Shown: positions 38,480 through 51,228 of the stretch, in pieces
How the letters are laid out: every line of letters starts with the position of its first letter
How positions within the stretch are numbered: position 1 is the stretch's first letter
Origin: Lama glama
Lineage: Eukaryota
Assembly: GCA_028534125.1 (NCBI GenBank)
Contig: CM052818.1
Span: 6,388,001 to 6,452,000, forward strand
DNA length: 64,000 bases
Direction: 5' to 3'
The notes under the pieces: model-generated
Database searches by the model: none
The model's input: only the letters and a program-made list of their open reading frames with translations
Told to the model about the DNA's origin: nothing
Translations under genes and position numbers: made by a program

Positions 38480-38930
38480 TTAAGTTGGGTTCCCAGAATC
38501 AGACCTCGTTCTGTGATTCACTTGCCAGTAATACAGCAATGAAGTGTTCCCAGGAGAAATCAAGAAGGGAGTAGGGGAAGCAGGACAAGAACTGGGAAAG
38601 AGCCAAGTGCGGGTGCGTTTCCCAGTCTCAGCCTCCCCCTGGATGCGCCACGCACTCTGGAGCATACGCCATCTCACACGGCTGCGTGGGAGCTGGCCCT
38701 TCTTACTTCCACACGGTCACTTGCTGCCGGCCACCTCAGAGCAGATGGGACACCGCCCAGGCACATATGGTTCTCCGAGCTGTGATCCAAGCTACTCCAG
38801 TGGCCCAAGGGCATCTTGTGAGGCCACTGGTACCAGCCAGGAGGGAAGCTAAGTGCAGTGAGGCAGGGCGATGGGCTCTCATAACTGGTACAGGATCTCG
38901 GGAGGCACCGGCAGTGCCCATTATGCCCCC
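38480..38930 (-). mobile_element. LTR16-like (ERVL) solo LTR, diverged
   Basis: agttgggttcccagaatcagacc...gttcccaggagaaa..aagggagtaggggaagcaggacaag. Confidence 0.65.
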
Positions 38931-39704
38931 AGAGAGGTGAACACTGGAAGCATTTTAACATCAATTTCTTAAAACAATTCTTAGAATGAAAATCTTAGAG
39001 AACCAGGTATGAACTGGGGGAGAGAAAAGCAATCATATCCCTGGCTGTACCTAATACAGAGGAAACACAACGATGTAAAGTCTACTTACATGACGTCACA
39101 CCTGGACCAGGACTAAGCACACAGGACCTGGATACGCTGAGTTTAAAACACTATGTTCTGAAGCAGCTGTGGAAACTTAAAATGACATTTTATTTACCTT
39201 CCTGCATGACTGCCATCCAAGCATAATTATCCAACTCCCCCAGTGTGGCAAAATTTTAAGAGGTTGCCTCCCGTGCCCAAGACAGCCTCCTGCCTTCTGA
39301 CTACCCTGCCTGCCACAACACAGCTCATCAGCTTTGGCCGCTCCAGGGAAGACAGAGAAATGGAGGGTAGGCTTTGCAAAGAAACCCACATGCTCCCCAT
39401 AAACGCTTCAGAGTACTGACCCAGCTCTGACTGATTTATCAAGGCTGAAAATTCAGGTAATCAGACTGAGAGGAGTGTGATGGGCTACAAGTGATGCCTA
39501 ACACTGGTGCAGGATGAGGAAGTAAGGGCGCCTCTGTGCGGGGCAGCCTGTGCCAGAATCTTGCCTGCTCCTGAGAGCACGTCTGCCTGTCCGTGACCTG
39601 TCCTCCTCCTGCCACAAAACTGTCATCACAAGAGAAAAAAGGAACACAATGGGTTTTAGAATTTTAGAATGCTTACCATGTTCGGTATAAAATCTGGCAT
39701 CTAC

Positions 39705-39827
39705 GGGGAGGGACTAAGTGGTAGAGCACATGCTTAGCAGACACAAGGTCCTGGGTTCAATCCCTGGTACTTCCTCTAAAAATAAGTAAGTAAACCTAAA
39801 CTATCTCCCCCTACAAAAGTAAATAAA
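39705..39827 (+). mobile_element. Vic-1-like tRNA-Ala-derived SINE
   Basis: ggggaggg..aagtggtagagcacatgcttagca..caaggtcctgggttcaatccc + A-rich tail with taaacctaa. Confidence 0.9.
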
Positions 39828-42580
39828 GTTTGGAACCAAGAAGTCTATAAAAGGAGCGAGGCGTACCATTCGTCCTAAGGAAGCGAACCGTTTCAAGAAG
39901 GACATTACACATACAGAGAAATTCTTAAGACATGCATAATAAACGGTAAGATAAAAATAAAGTCACGAGTGCTAATGTGTATGGAATTTCAGGTGATCAA
40001 GAGCTCACTCGTGTGATACGTATAAACAAGGTTCTGGGTGTTTAGGAAGGAAAGAGAAGACTGTTTCCTAAAAGTACAGGAGGAGGTGGGATATGAGCAG
40101 AGCCCTCAGGGCTGAGCTGAATTTGGATGGAAGCAGCAAGGGAGGAAGGGGTTTCCACTGAGTGGGAAGAACGAGAGGAAAGAAGCCATGTTCTGGGAAT
40201 GCTCAGCCAAGCCCCTGAGAGTTCTAGAGTACGGAAGAGAGTTTCTCCTAAACCCCATCCAGGCACAAAGCCACACATCCTGGCCTACCCACACCCCAAG
40301 CGGCTGCCGCGGAGACCCTTCACCCTCAGAGATGCTCTCAAGGAACAGTGGGGATCAATGCACATCCCATCAGTGAGGGCAGAGGACGGCCTCTCAACCC
40401 CCAGCTCAGGGGTCTTCCTGTGCTGCCCAACCTGGTCCCAGGACTCAGGCCAGCACGTGGCCTCTCGCCAGAACTCCAGCACATACAAGCCTTTCCCAAG
40501 AAAAGGATGAAAACAGCCAGAGACAGAGCAAGGCAGCAGGGCCTTCCCATCCCCACCTGAGAAGAGTAGTGGAAAGAGCTACCTCCCCACGAGACAACAA
40601 ATCACCACCGTAAAGACCCGCCAGCCGTCTCCCTCCCACTTCATGATTTATTTTCCAGCCATTGGCCCCATGTTGAGTAAAATCTGACCAACAGTCAGAA
40701 TCCTAATCTCCCAGAACCTGACTGCCTCAAACCCTCCCTCCTGCCCCCCCCCACAGGCCCCCACCCTCTCCCAGCCCCAGCCCCAGCCCCAGGCCTGGCT
40801 GATGACCCGTGAGCAGAAGACAGAAGTGCAGGCGGTGGGGAGCGAGTGTGCAAACTTGGACTAAAGCCCCTGTCCCTCCAGTTCCCCAGCCTTTCCCCTG
40901 CTCGCACCCCTCTCCTCTTCCTGCAGAAGCAAGCCCTTCTCCCCTGGCCCAGCCAAGCCAAATACTTAGGCACCAACTCAGCTTTCCAGAAGCTGACAAT
41001 CAGCTCCAAGCTGAGACTTGTTCTAAAATAACTGAGGAGGGACGAGAGGGTAGAAAAGAGAGATGTGGGAACAGAGAGGAAAAAGTAAGGCTATTGGCTC
41101 CCTGTCACTTGGCAATGAACCTGCCAAAACAAAGTTTACAACTTTTAGAGCCTTTGGAGGGAAAGGGGGAAGCCCCTTATCCAGCCTGATTTTAAGAGCA
41201 ACTTTCCATCCTATTCATTTAGTGTCACTGGGGGTGACTTTGTTGCTTCTAAGAACAAGAAACCAGTAAGTGATACCTCCTTCCAAACTGTCCCTCGTCT
41301 CCTCGGGGATGGGAGTGTTTTCAAGAGGAGAGTCTCTCTGATGCTGGGGATTAATGACAGTAACAACTCACAGTTCTGAGGAGCTTTTAACTTTTCTAAG
41401 TACTCCTCCATCCATCACCCCACTTTATCCCCCTGACAGCCTGGTGATGCGGGTGAGGCAGGGATTATCAGGACCAGCCTTCAGTGTAAGCCGAGCAGAT
41501 CATGCACTCAGCGGATCTGGGGGCCCAGGAAGGGACCGACTGCCTCAGAGAGTCCCTCCCAGCAAAGTGCACCTGAAAATCCTTCTCACAAAGACAGCTC
41601 TTCTACTTCACAGCGCAGACAAGGCTTAAGAAGCAAACAGACTCTGGAAAGATAGCCCATCGACCAGCGTGTAATGTGGCGCAAAACCACAGGTGTGCCT
41701 TTCCTGAGAGAAACTTTTAACAGGGGAAGGGAATGGGTCACCCAAAGGGAATGGGTCACCAATGGCAATGAAGGAAAACAGCTTAGGTCACCCTTAAGAC
41801 TGTTAACCCTGTTTTATAGGTCAAATTACCCCCTCATGCATTCATTCCTTGATTCAAACACACTCTAAGTAGCTCCCATTGTGCCAACGAAGCCCAGTGG
41901 CACACGATGAAGACACAGACCTGCCCTCAAGCTCGCAGTAGGGCAAAGAAGGCAACACAAGCCCCAAGTGCGGGGATGGTGTCTGGAGATACTGCACCCA
42001 TCCCACCTCCCTCTCCCCTCACTTCGGGCAACAGGCATGGTCTTCTAAACTCACTGTCTACAGCCCAGAATGAAAAATGTAACTGACTTCAGAATAGGTG
42101 TTTAAAACATATAGCAGAGATTTTTTTTTAAGAGAGAGAAATAAACTTCAGAATTCTAAAATCTTGGTTTTCATATCAAAAACCAACTTCCGGAAGTCTC
42201 AGAGCGCAGAGTCAGTGTCATTCACCACAGAGTGGGGACGAAGGCACACGGTGACAGTTTTTGTTTCCGTCGGAAAGGAGCCCGCATCCCACCAGCTGTG
42301 CAGAGCAGGACACTCCGTGGTGACCTGACCACACTAACTGGCCTGCACACTGGGCCCTGAGGGCTCTGGGAGGACAGAAGGCCTCATGCACAACCTTTAC
42401 CACCCTGACCACCTGTCTGGATGTCTCTTTCCTCTAATGCAGACAAAAATGTGACTTGGGTCTCTACAAATAAATTTTTTTGTTGTTTTTTGTTTTTCAG
42501 AAGGGCCTTGACATAATCGATTTCAAATACGACGAGATTAGGATTTACTGGTGGACTATTTTCAGCTCAGTCACTTTTTT

Positions 42581-42694
42581 AAATTTTATTTTTTTAACTT
42601 TAGGGGTAATTAGGTTTTTATTTATTTTAATGGAGGTTTTGAATTCAGGACTTTGTGCATGCTAGGCATGCACTCTACCACTGAGCTATATCTC
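42581..42694 (-). mobile_element. Vic-1-like SINE
   Basis: caggactttgtgcatgctaggcatgcactctaccactgagctata; flanks agtcactttttt / agtcaactttttt. Confidence 0.9.
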
Positions 42695-42701
42695 AGTCAA
42701 C

Positions 42702-43500
42702 TTTTTTTTTATTGTGGCAAAAAACATATAAAATTTGCCATCTTAACCACTTTTCAGGCGTCCAGTTCAGCAGTGTTAAGTATATTTAGATCACTGTAAA
42801 AAAAGACCTCCAGAACTTTTTCATGTTGCAAAACTGAAACTCTACACCCATTAAACATGCCATGCCCCTTTGCCCCCTCCCCACCTCCATCCCCTGGTAA
42901 TCACCATTCTACTTCCTTTATCTATGAATTTGACTACTTTAGGCACTTTAGCACCAGTGGAATCACACAGTATTTGTCCTTCTGTCACTGGTTTATTTTA
43001 CTTGGAGTAACGTCCTCAAGATTCATCTTGCATTGACAGAATTTCCTTGTTTTTAAGGTTCACAGTATCCCACTGTGGGTATAAACCACATTTTCTGTAT
43101 CCGTTCATCCATCAGTGGACACTTGGGTTGCTTCCACTTCTTAGCTATTGTGAATAATGCTGCCATGAACATAGATGTGCAAATATCTCCTCAGGAGATC
43201 TAAAATTCTCTGGGATATATTCCTAAAAGTAGAATTGCCGGATCACATGATAGTTGTATTTTTCATTTTTTGAGGCACTGCCATCGTATTTTCCACAGCA
43301 GTGGCACTATTTCATATCAACATCAACAGCACATAAGAATGCCAACTTCTCCACACACCTGCAACCTGATATTCTCTGGATTTTTTTTATAGCAGCCATA
43401 CTAATGGATATGAGGAGATACCTATTACGGTTTTGATTTGGATTTATCTGATTAGTGATGGTGAGCATTTTTTTTAACATGCTTTTTGGCCATTTGCAGG
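42702..43500 (-). mobile_element. L1MB-like 3' end
   Basis: ttcatccatcagtggacacttgggttgcttccacttcttagctattgtgaataatgctgccatgaacat. Confidence 0.92.
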
Positions 43501-43651
43501 TCAGTAAGCATTTTACAAGGCATTGATTTTTTTCTGAAGACCCGAAATTTTACTTCCTTGTTCTTGGGCAGGTCCCAGCTGCCATCTTTCAAGCAGGATG
43601 TCCCAGGGAGAAAGAGGCAGTTCCTGTTGTTTTACTTTACCACATGACTCT

Positions 43652-43869
43652 AGTGGAGTTTCTCAGCCTCAGTACTGTTCGTATTTTGGAGCAGACAATC
43701 CTTTCCTGTGGGGAATGCCCTCACTTTGCAGGATGCTGAGCAGCCTTCCTGGCCTCTGGATGCCAGTGGCATTTCTTACTCCACTGTGACAACCCAAACT
43801 GAATCCAGACATTGCCAAATATCTCCGGGCAGGGGAAGTGTGCAAAACTGTCCCCGGCAGAGACCACTG
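43652..43869 (-). mobile_element. MER20 (second copy)
   Basis: gtttctcagcctcagtactg...ccagacattgccaaatatc...gagaccactg. Confidence 0.88.
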
Positions 43870-43884
43870 GATTTGAATTTGAAA

Positions 43885-44045
43885 CTAGCGTGTTCAAAGC
43901 TCGCCAACATCGTAATTTTCAATTTTTGAATCAACATTAGAAATTTTGGAGATACCACCTAAAAAGCCAGATTTCCAGCTTCTCTTGAGAAAGCAGGCCA
44001 CCTTGGCAATAACCGGCTGTGTTTAGTAGCTACTGCCCCCACCCA
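43885..44045 (+). mobile_element. hAT-Charlie (MER102-like) fragment
   Basis: taaaaagccagatttccagcttctcttgagaaa..ttggcaa. Confidence 0.55.
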
Positions 44046-44256
44046 TGTCTGAGCTTGCGACCTTAATGCAGCCCATAAAACAAAACCTATCTGAGTGCCA
44101 GATAAAGCTGCTTCCAGTTTTTCAAATGAAGTCATTCAAGTCATTCTGATTTGCCTGATTTCTACAAGTACACACGATAACGTAAAATCCCAGACTGCCC
44201 GATTAAAACATTTTGAACTCTGTCTCTGTCTCTCCTCTCAGCCACCCCTCATCTAT

Positions 44257-44303
44257 ACACACACACACACACAGACACACACACACACACACACACACAC
44301 ACA
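44257..44303. repeat. Interrupted (AC)n microsatellite
   Basis: AC run with one G interruption. Confidence 0.95.
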
Positions 44304-44699
44304 AGGAAGCATGCATTCACAGAGAAGAAAACCTGGGACTAGAAGTAGGGAGAACAAGATTCTAATCCTCAGTCAGAGATCTGGAGTAATTCCGTTTGAC
44401 AAATACTCACTGAACGCCTAGACGTGCAAGTTTTCAAGCTCAGTCCCAGAACTCATTTGCACCTCAGCTTCCGTATGTAACCCAATTTACTAGCTTCTTA
44501 AATTGAATAGGTGCTCTCTAAGAGGTATCTAAGCTCTAAACCCTATGGCCCACACGCAGTGACCACATACAGTAAAACCCTGCAGCTCCCGAGTCACTGA
44601 GGCTGGGAAAAGAGCAAGAGGAACAATGTTGATTAGTGGCCAGAAGAAATGTGGTTATATTTTCTTCATGTTTATGCAGTTATGCACACTGTGGGGTGT

Positions 44700-45060
44700 G
44701 GTTCACATGGGGATGCACCACCCACATCCCCTTGAAGGGAAGAACCTTCTGCCCAGAGCTGAGGGGACACTCTTCCAGCCACAGAGCTGCCTCGCCCAGC
44801 AGCCCATATCTGGGGAGTGAGCACATGGGTGCAAAGGCCTGGCCATGTCAACCCAGTGCAGGACACTCCTGGTCAATATTTGCTCCAAAACTCTCCACTC
44901 ACTTGGCCAAAGCTTCATCAGGCCTGCATCACAGGTCAGCTTCACCCTCTGCCCAGTCCTGCATCCTCTGCTTCCCTTCATAGGAGCTGAACCCTAATAA
45001 CATGTTACACCCCAAACTCTGCCTCTGCACCTGCTTCTGGAGAGCACACCCTTCAGCAGC
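44700..45060 (+). mobile_element. LTR16C-like (ERVL) solo LTR
   Basis: caaaggcctggccat...tctgcccagtcctgcatcctc..cccttcatagg...ctaataa..ctgcttctgg. Confidence 0.75.
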
Positions 45061-45064
45061 TGGC

Positions 45065-45580
45065 TATGACTGGCTGGCCACGCACATACACACACGTGTC
45101 TGAGATTTCTGTTCAGACGGCCACCTCTCCCCAGCTTGACCTGGAAGTAAATCCTGCTGAGTCTGCAGCTCTAAGTGATCAGCTCATGAGCCCGTCTACC
45201 TCACTAGTGACTGACTTAGGAAGGGAGGATGATCCACTCCTGGCCAATGAGTTGGGACAGGAATTCTGCTGAGAGGTCTCTGGAGCAGATTCTTCAGTAA
45301 TAATTTTCTCGTACTGGATGGAGCTGGATGCAAACTATGGTTGTGTCCACTTTGATGCCACAACTCTGGCAGCTGTCTTGGTACTGCAAGAAGGTACCAA
45401 GGGCACTTCACTGAGAAGGGCAAAGTGGAAAGAACGTGAGAGCCTGGTGATGCTTTTGAGGTGCTAATTTTGGAACCCTGGGTCAGGTCTTCTTGCTGTG
45501 TGAGATGACAAATTATCCACATTGTTTAAACCATTCTGCCTGGGCTCTCTGTAACCTGCGGTCAAAAGCACTCTAGCCCA
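45065..45580 (+). mobile_element. Old MLT1 (J/K-like) LTR
   Basis: ctggccaatgag...tgtgagatgacaaatt..cattgtttaaaccatt...ctgtaacctgc..caaaagcactcta. Confidence 0.7.
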
Positions 45581-45619
45581 GGTACAGGCAATCAACCACA
45601 GCCCAGAAGAGATTCCTGT

Positions 45620-46830
45620 AGGGTCTTTTTTATTGGATACCTAAAGAATTGCAAATACAGTGCCAATAATTTAATACGTGAGGTAATTGAGAATTTGCCA
45701 TCAAAAGTAGTATAAACATGCCTTTGAAATCCCATTTTGCTTGTAGCATCTTAGAAGAATGAGCCAATTTCATCCGAGTTCCTGCTAATTACTGTGGACT
45801 GTCAAAGTATTTCAAGTCCAAGGCAATAGCCTGGTAATTAAGGCTGCCTAGTGCAATATTACTGAGTCTCTGAATAGAACTTACGCCCTGGAAATCCACT
45901 AGGACCCTGTGGTAGCTCTCATCCTTTTCAGGCCTCCAGGATGCCATTTCATGCACATAAAGTCCGAATTCACTGTACAATTCCGTAGCTACTCCATGGG
46001 AAGAGCCTCCTCTCCCAACAGGCAACAGCTCACTCCTCAGAGAGATTTTGTCTCTGCTGTTTTCCAAAGGTGCAACTTGTTCATGACAAGCCATTAAACT
46101 TCTCGTGGGCTAACAGAAAGCAGGCTTCTTAATGGAAAGAAACACAAAATTTCTGCACGAGGCCAGGTGTGCAGGTCAGAGAGGCAGTCACCTGTGATCT
46201 GGCTGGGCCAACAGAGCCCCAGCGCCCTGGGCCGGACGTGGACAATCTGTCTTCTGTCTACACCAGCTTGTGATTTTCAGGATCTGGGCTCAGAGACTGA
46301 TCCCCATGCCAATTCCCTTTGGCAGGAAAGACACCTTCTGGCTGCATCATTGCTATTCCCAGCCCTTTACCCCTGCCAACCTCCTCATGTTTTATCTATT
46401 TTTATTTGAATTGGTGATCAAGGGATTAATCCAGCTTATACAAATGCTGTCTTCCAAAAGCCATTGTAGTGTAGTTGCAGTTGTGATATTTCACTCTCCA
46501 AATGAATCGAATTGGATTTTAATGACAGTAGACTCCATTAAGCAACACCTGATTGGGTTATTTTCTGGAAATTTCATCTTCATTGTTTTCTCCATTTGTG
46601 TTGCCCAAAAAAACTCAGCAGGAGAGCTATCAAGGGCTGCTGCCAAGCTATACCGGATCATTCTTGAAATCATGGTCACATTTTCTTCCGTTTCTAACAA
46701 AGTCAGATGTCCCTGTTGCACTCATTCATTCCACAGGACACCCTCAACATGGTGTCAATTCCTACTGAAAAGGGGAAGGAAAATGCAGGGGTTTTGCAGG
46801 TTACTTAGTAGTTGTAGGAGGTTATAATTC
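45620..46830. promoter_or_regulatory. Candidate conserved non-coding / developmental enhancer block
   Basis: About 1.2 kb with no recognisable repeat; many TAAT cores, CCAATAAAA, CCTTTGAA, TGACAG, palindromic GGATTAATCC. Confidence 0.35.
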
Positions 46831-47099
46831 TTCACAAGAAACTCTCCTGTGGGGTTACAATTCAGATGTAATTTTCTACATGTATTAGAATTTATTTTTA
46901 ATAGCATTAAAGCATTTTTCTCCTGAGAACGGAAATGCCAACTTTGTTTTATCTTCCTTGGTATAACCTAAATTAAGTCTGTGTAAGTCAAGTGAAGCCC
47001 AAAACAGTTACTCTGTGACTCGGTCTGCAGCTGTCTAATTCCTCCTCTGATACCACCAGGCTTTAAGCACCGCACACCCTCCCTACAGAGGAGTTTAAG

Positions 47100-47250
47100 A
47101 TCTAGACAGAGTCCAACAGTACAAGCCTCTGAGGGCCAGGGTATGTCTGCCTTTTGTCCCCACTGTAATTCTAGGCCTGCACAACTCCTGCCACATAATA
47201 GGTGACCAACACAGACTGTTGGAAGAATGAATAGATGAATGACTGAGAAC
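47100..47250 (+). mobile_element. L2 3' end
   Basis: caagcctctgagggccaggg...cacataataggtg...gaatgaatagatgaatga. Confidence 0.8.
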
Positions 47251-50200
47251 AACTGAGGAGAGTCCAGGCTATGAATAAACTACCCTGAAGGTGTATTCAG
47301 CCAGTTGGGCGTCCATTTTACCCTCGTCATTAGTACCAATCGTCAGAAGGTGGGGAAAATGGTGAAACCATCCTGCATAAACGGCCCGTATGCAGATAAG
47401 GGAGAATGGGAGAGGTGAGAGACGTAGGCAAGAAATAACAACTTCACCTTTCATATCTTTATTCAAATCTAAATACCCTGATTTACTTTCTCCAAATAAA
47501 ATCTTTGTAAAATGAGGTCTTGAGTTGAAAATGCAAATTGACACTTTCAATTAACGAGAATGTTTTAGTTCTTTCTGAAGAAATTACAAAACCACAAGTG
47601 AACCAGGAGACAGCAAAGACTTCTACCACCACCATCTCTCCTCAAAAGCAGTATTTGGGGCCATGTCCCGACATAGCATGTTTGACCTAATCTAATGCTA
47701 ACCTGCACTTCTAATTTTTAAAGTATTTATTGAGCACCTACTGTGTATAATACCCCTCAAGTAATACAGAACACAAAAAAATACAAGATGCAGACTTACA
47801 CTACTCAAGAAACTTACAATTTAGCTGAGAAGATAAGACACATGTGGAAATAGCAATAAAGCACCACAATGATTGATTCAACAAGGCAAAGCATAAAAAC
47901 AGACAATGCAACAGGCAGAATATATGTGTTACATTTTAGAAGACTGCATTATAAATCTCCCTCTTACCAAAGAGAGCAAACCAAAATATAAAGTATTTGA
48001 AGGAGAATCCTGAAAAATAAATTATATATTTTAATGGACAGCTGCAAAATTACTTAAGTGTTAAATAAATGCTAAATTAAGGGTACCAGCCATGAAAAGA
48101 TAAATTCCAAAATTTCTTACAGTAGAGGGATTTTTGACCCAAACCTATTAAATATTAAAGAACGTATTGTTTCCTTTTTCACATTAAGTATCTATTCATG
48201 TCATTACTTTTATAATTTAAATATTTTTCAAATATTTAGGAACAAAGCCTAATTTAGTTTTCTAATCTCCTAAAGTCTATTTGGGACCCTCTCTGGACAT
48301 TTTTCTTCTTAACAGGGCATATTAAAGTGCATTTGGATAAATGTTCAGAATAGAATATTTGAATAACTCCCTTCTTATGTTTTGATAAGTGCTCATTCAC
48401 ATACTTAAGACAAAGCATTACAAGTTGGAATATAAATGAATTCTGACACATCAAGAGCATTTTCTTTCCTCTGATATTTTATCTGTTTGTGGTCTAGATT
48501 TTGAAATACAGGAGAATGTTATCATGACTTCCAAATATAATTATGTGTTTCTAGAAAAGAGACGTCATTATTTGATAGCACAAATGGCTTTGGTATGATA
48601 TCCAATGCCATTTCCCCTACTTTGTTCTCGTAAGTCATCCTAATTGAACACTTGGAGGAGACTCAGGCCCTGCCCATAGAGGCAAAATCAGAAATGGCAT
48701 TAAAGCTATGATAGAACATCCTACTAAAAGATTACTTCTACAGGATAATTAAATCAAAAGCCAGACTTAAAGGTGAGGGGCAAATACTAATCTCATACTC
48801 TTCTCCCAAAAAGAAAATGACATCACCCCAAAATACAAGGGTTTTTACTTTTACAAGATACAAACTAAAAAGGAAAAAAAAGGGGGGGTCAGGACTCATG
48901 TCCTAATCTTCTTGAGCTCACTCAAAATGAAAAACAGGCCTGGGGAACTCAGAGTAAGGCACATAGCAGGTTAATACCAGTTTACTCTTTCAACTACAAG
49001 ATTAATACATGCACATTGGGCAAAATGTGACATATATAAAAATATCCCCGGGTACTGACTTTGTTTAAACAAGTATTCTACTTGGCTACTTACTAACATC
49101 CTAAGCAGAGTTTGTGGAATGTTTTATGTCTACTCACATCCATTCTGGCCTCCACAGGGGGTTCAAACAGCTGGAAAACAGGTGCCTCAGAAAGTTGCCA
49201 TCTGCCTGGGCCTGTGACCAGCATACAAATGCTCCCCTCTTTGAGCGAGAGGCTCAGGAACAAAAAAAAGGAAATTCTTCCATACCTGTTTCCTCCTTCC
49301 TGAACAGAAACTTCCCCTTCTTGGGGAAGAGCCAATGGCAGAGGTGCCAGCAAAGGCCAGTCAGAAAGGGAGTTGAAATGGTTCCCCTCTGAGCTTGTAA
49401 CTGTCTCCACACTTCTCTCTCCACCCCAATGCATGGGGACTCCTGGACTGAAGGAAAATGCTCATGGAAATCCAGTCACTTCTTGTCACTTTCACAGCGA
49501 GATACACTCAGAGAACCCCCACCCATATGGATTCTAAAACATCAGTATAATAAAAATCCCATATCCTCTTAGAGGATTATGACCCACACAAACAGAGATA
49601 AGCAAACCAAGCCAAACAGGACCATTTACAAGCAATGACAGTGGGAAAATGGAAGATAAAACTCTGTATGATGCAATCCATTTAACGACATATCACAATG
49701 TCATAGGCCACTTGCGCATTCCCTCCTCAGGAACTAAAGGGATATCCTATTTATATAAAAGCCTTATACTTGGTTGATTTGAAGGTTTATTATTAGAAGC
49801 TGGACACTGAAATCAAGACACTACATGCACACACACATACACACTCATACACATACACACACATGGTGATAATGGCTACCTTAGAAAGGCCTGGAATTTG
49901 CCCCAAGGAGAAGAGAAGCTAGCATCTATGTCCAGTTTTGAGTCACAGATTCTGTGGAAGAAACACAGCAGAGAATTGAGTGCAGCACACAATTTGCTGC
50001 CCAGATGCAGGAAGATTCAAACAAAGCCTCTCAATAAAGGAAGCCATAGTGAGAGGAAGAGGGCAACAATGAAAAGCCAGACCATCTCAGATAAACTGAA
50101 ATGGCCGTCACTAGATTTAACAAAAGACTCAACTAAATGCTGCCCACAAGAGACTCACTTCAACCTTCAGGACACATACAGACTCAATGAGATGGAAAAA

Positions 50201-51068
50201 GATATTCCATGCAAGTGGAGACTAAAGAGAGCAGGAGAAGATGATATTCTATCAGACAAAATAGACCTTGAGCAAAAAAACTGTCACACGAGACAAAGAA
50301 GGTCATTATGTAATGATAAAGGAGTCAAGTCATCAAAAAGATATAGCAATCATGTATGCGCATGTGTGTACACATCTCTAACATGAGAGCACCTAAATAT
50401 ATTAAGCAAATGCTAACAGAACTAAAGGAAGAAATAGACAACAATACAATAATAGTGGGAGACTTCAATACCCAATTTTCAACAATAGATAGATCATGCA
50501 GACAGAAAATCAATAAGGAAACATTGGACTTGCACTATTCTTTAGACCAAATGGACCTAACAGACATATATAGAACATTCCATCCAACAGCTGCAGAATG
50601 CACATTCTTCTCAAGCACACCCAAAACATTCTTCATGGATAAATCATATGATACAAAACAAATCTTAGCATTTTAAGAAGATTGAAATCATACCAAATAT
50701 CTTTTCCAACCACAATGGTATAAAACTAGAAATCAATAATGGAAGTAAAACTAGAAAATTCACAAGTATGTGGAAATTAAACAACACACTCCTAAACAAC
50801 AAATGGGTCAAAGAAGAAATCAGAAGAGAAATCAAAAAATATGTTGAAACAATCAAAACTGGAAACACAATCTACCAAAACTATGGGACACAGCAGAAGC
50901 AATTCTAAAAGGGAAGTTCATAGAGATAAATGCCTACATTAAGAAAAAATAAAGATCTCAAATAAAAAACATAACTTTATACCTCAAGGAACTAGAAGAA
51001 GGATGAATGAACTAAGCCCAAGTTTAGCAGAAGAAAGGAAATAACAAAGATTAGAACAGAAGTAAGTG

Positions 51069-51228
51069 GTGGGAAGGGTATATATAGCTCAATGGTAGAG
51101 TGCATGCTTAGCATGCATAAGGTCCTGGGTTCAATCCCCAGCACCTCCACTAAAAAATAAAATAAAATAAAAAATTAATTAAAAAAATACATGAAGAAAC
51201 TTAATTACCATCCCCTCCCCCCCAAAAA
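51069..51228 (+). mobile_element. Vic-1-like SINE inserted in L1 ORF2
   Basis: tagctcaatggtagagtgcatgcttagcatgcataaggtcctgggttcaatccccagcacctcca; TSD agaagtaagtg / agaagtaaatg. Confidence 0.95.

Noticed and set aside
17600..40655. Five TGATTTAT (PBX-HOX-like) motifs
   Set aside because: About the number expected by chance for an AT-rich 8-mer on both strands of 64 kb.
46270..46827. 185-aa hydrophobic + strand ORF
   Set aside because: Non-ATG start, no recognisable homology; hydrophobicity follows from T-rich sequence.
51071..51150. tRNA-Ala(AGC)-like sequence (also at 39705, 42630, 57141, 59785)
   Set aside because: Disrupted stems, shared A-rich tail with taaacctaatt-like motif and TSDs: SINE heads, not tRNA genes.
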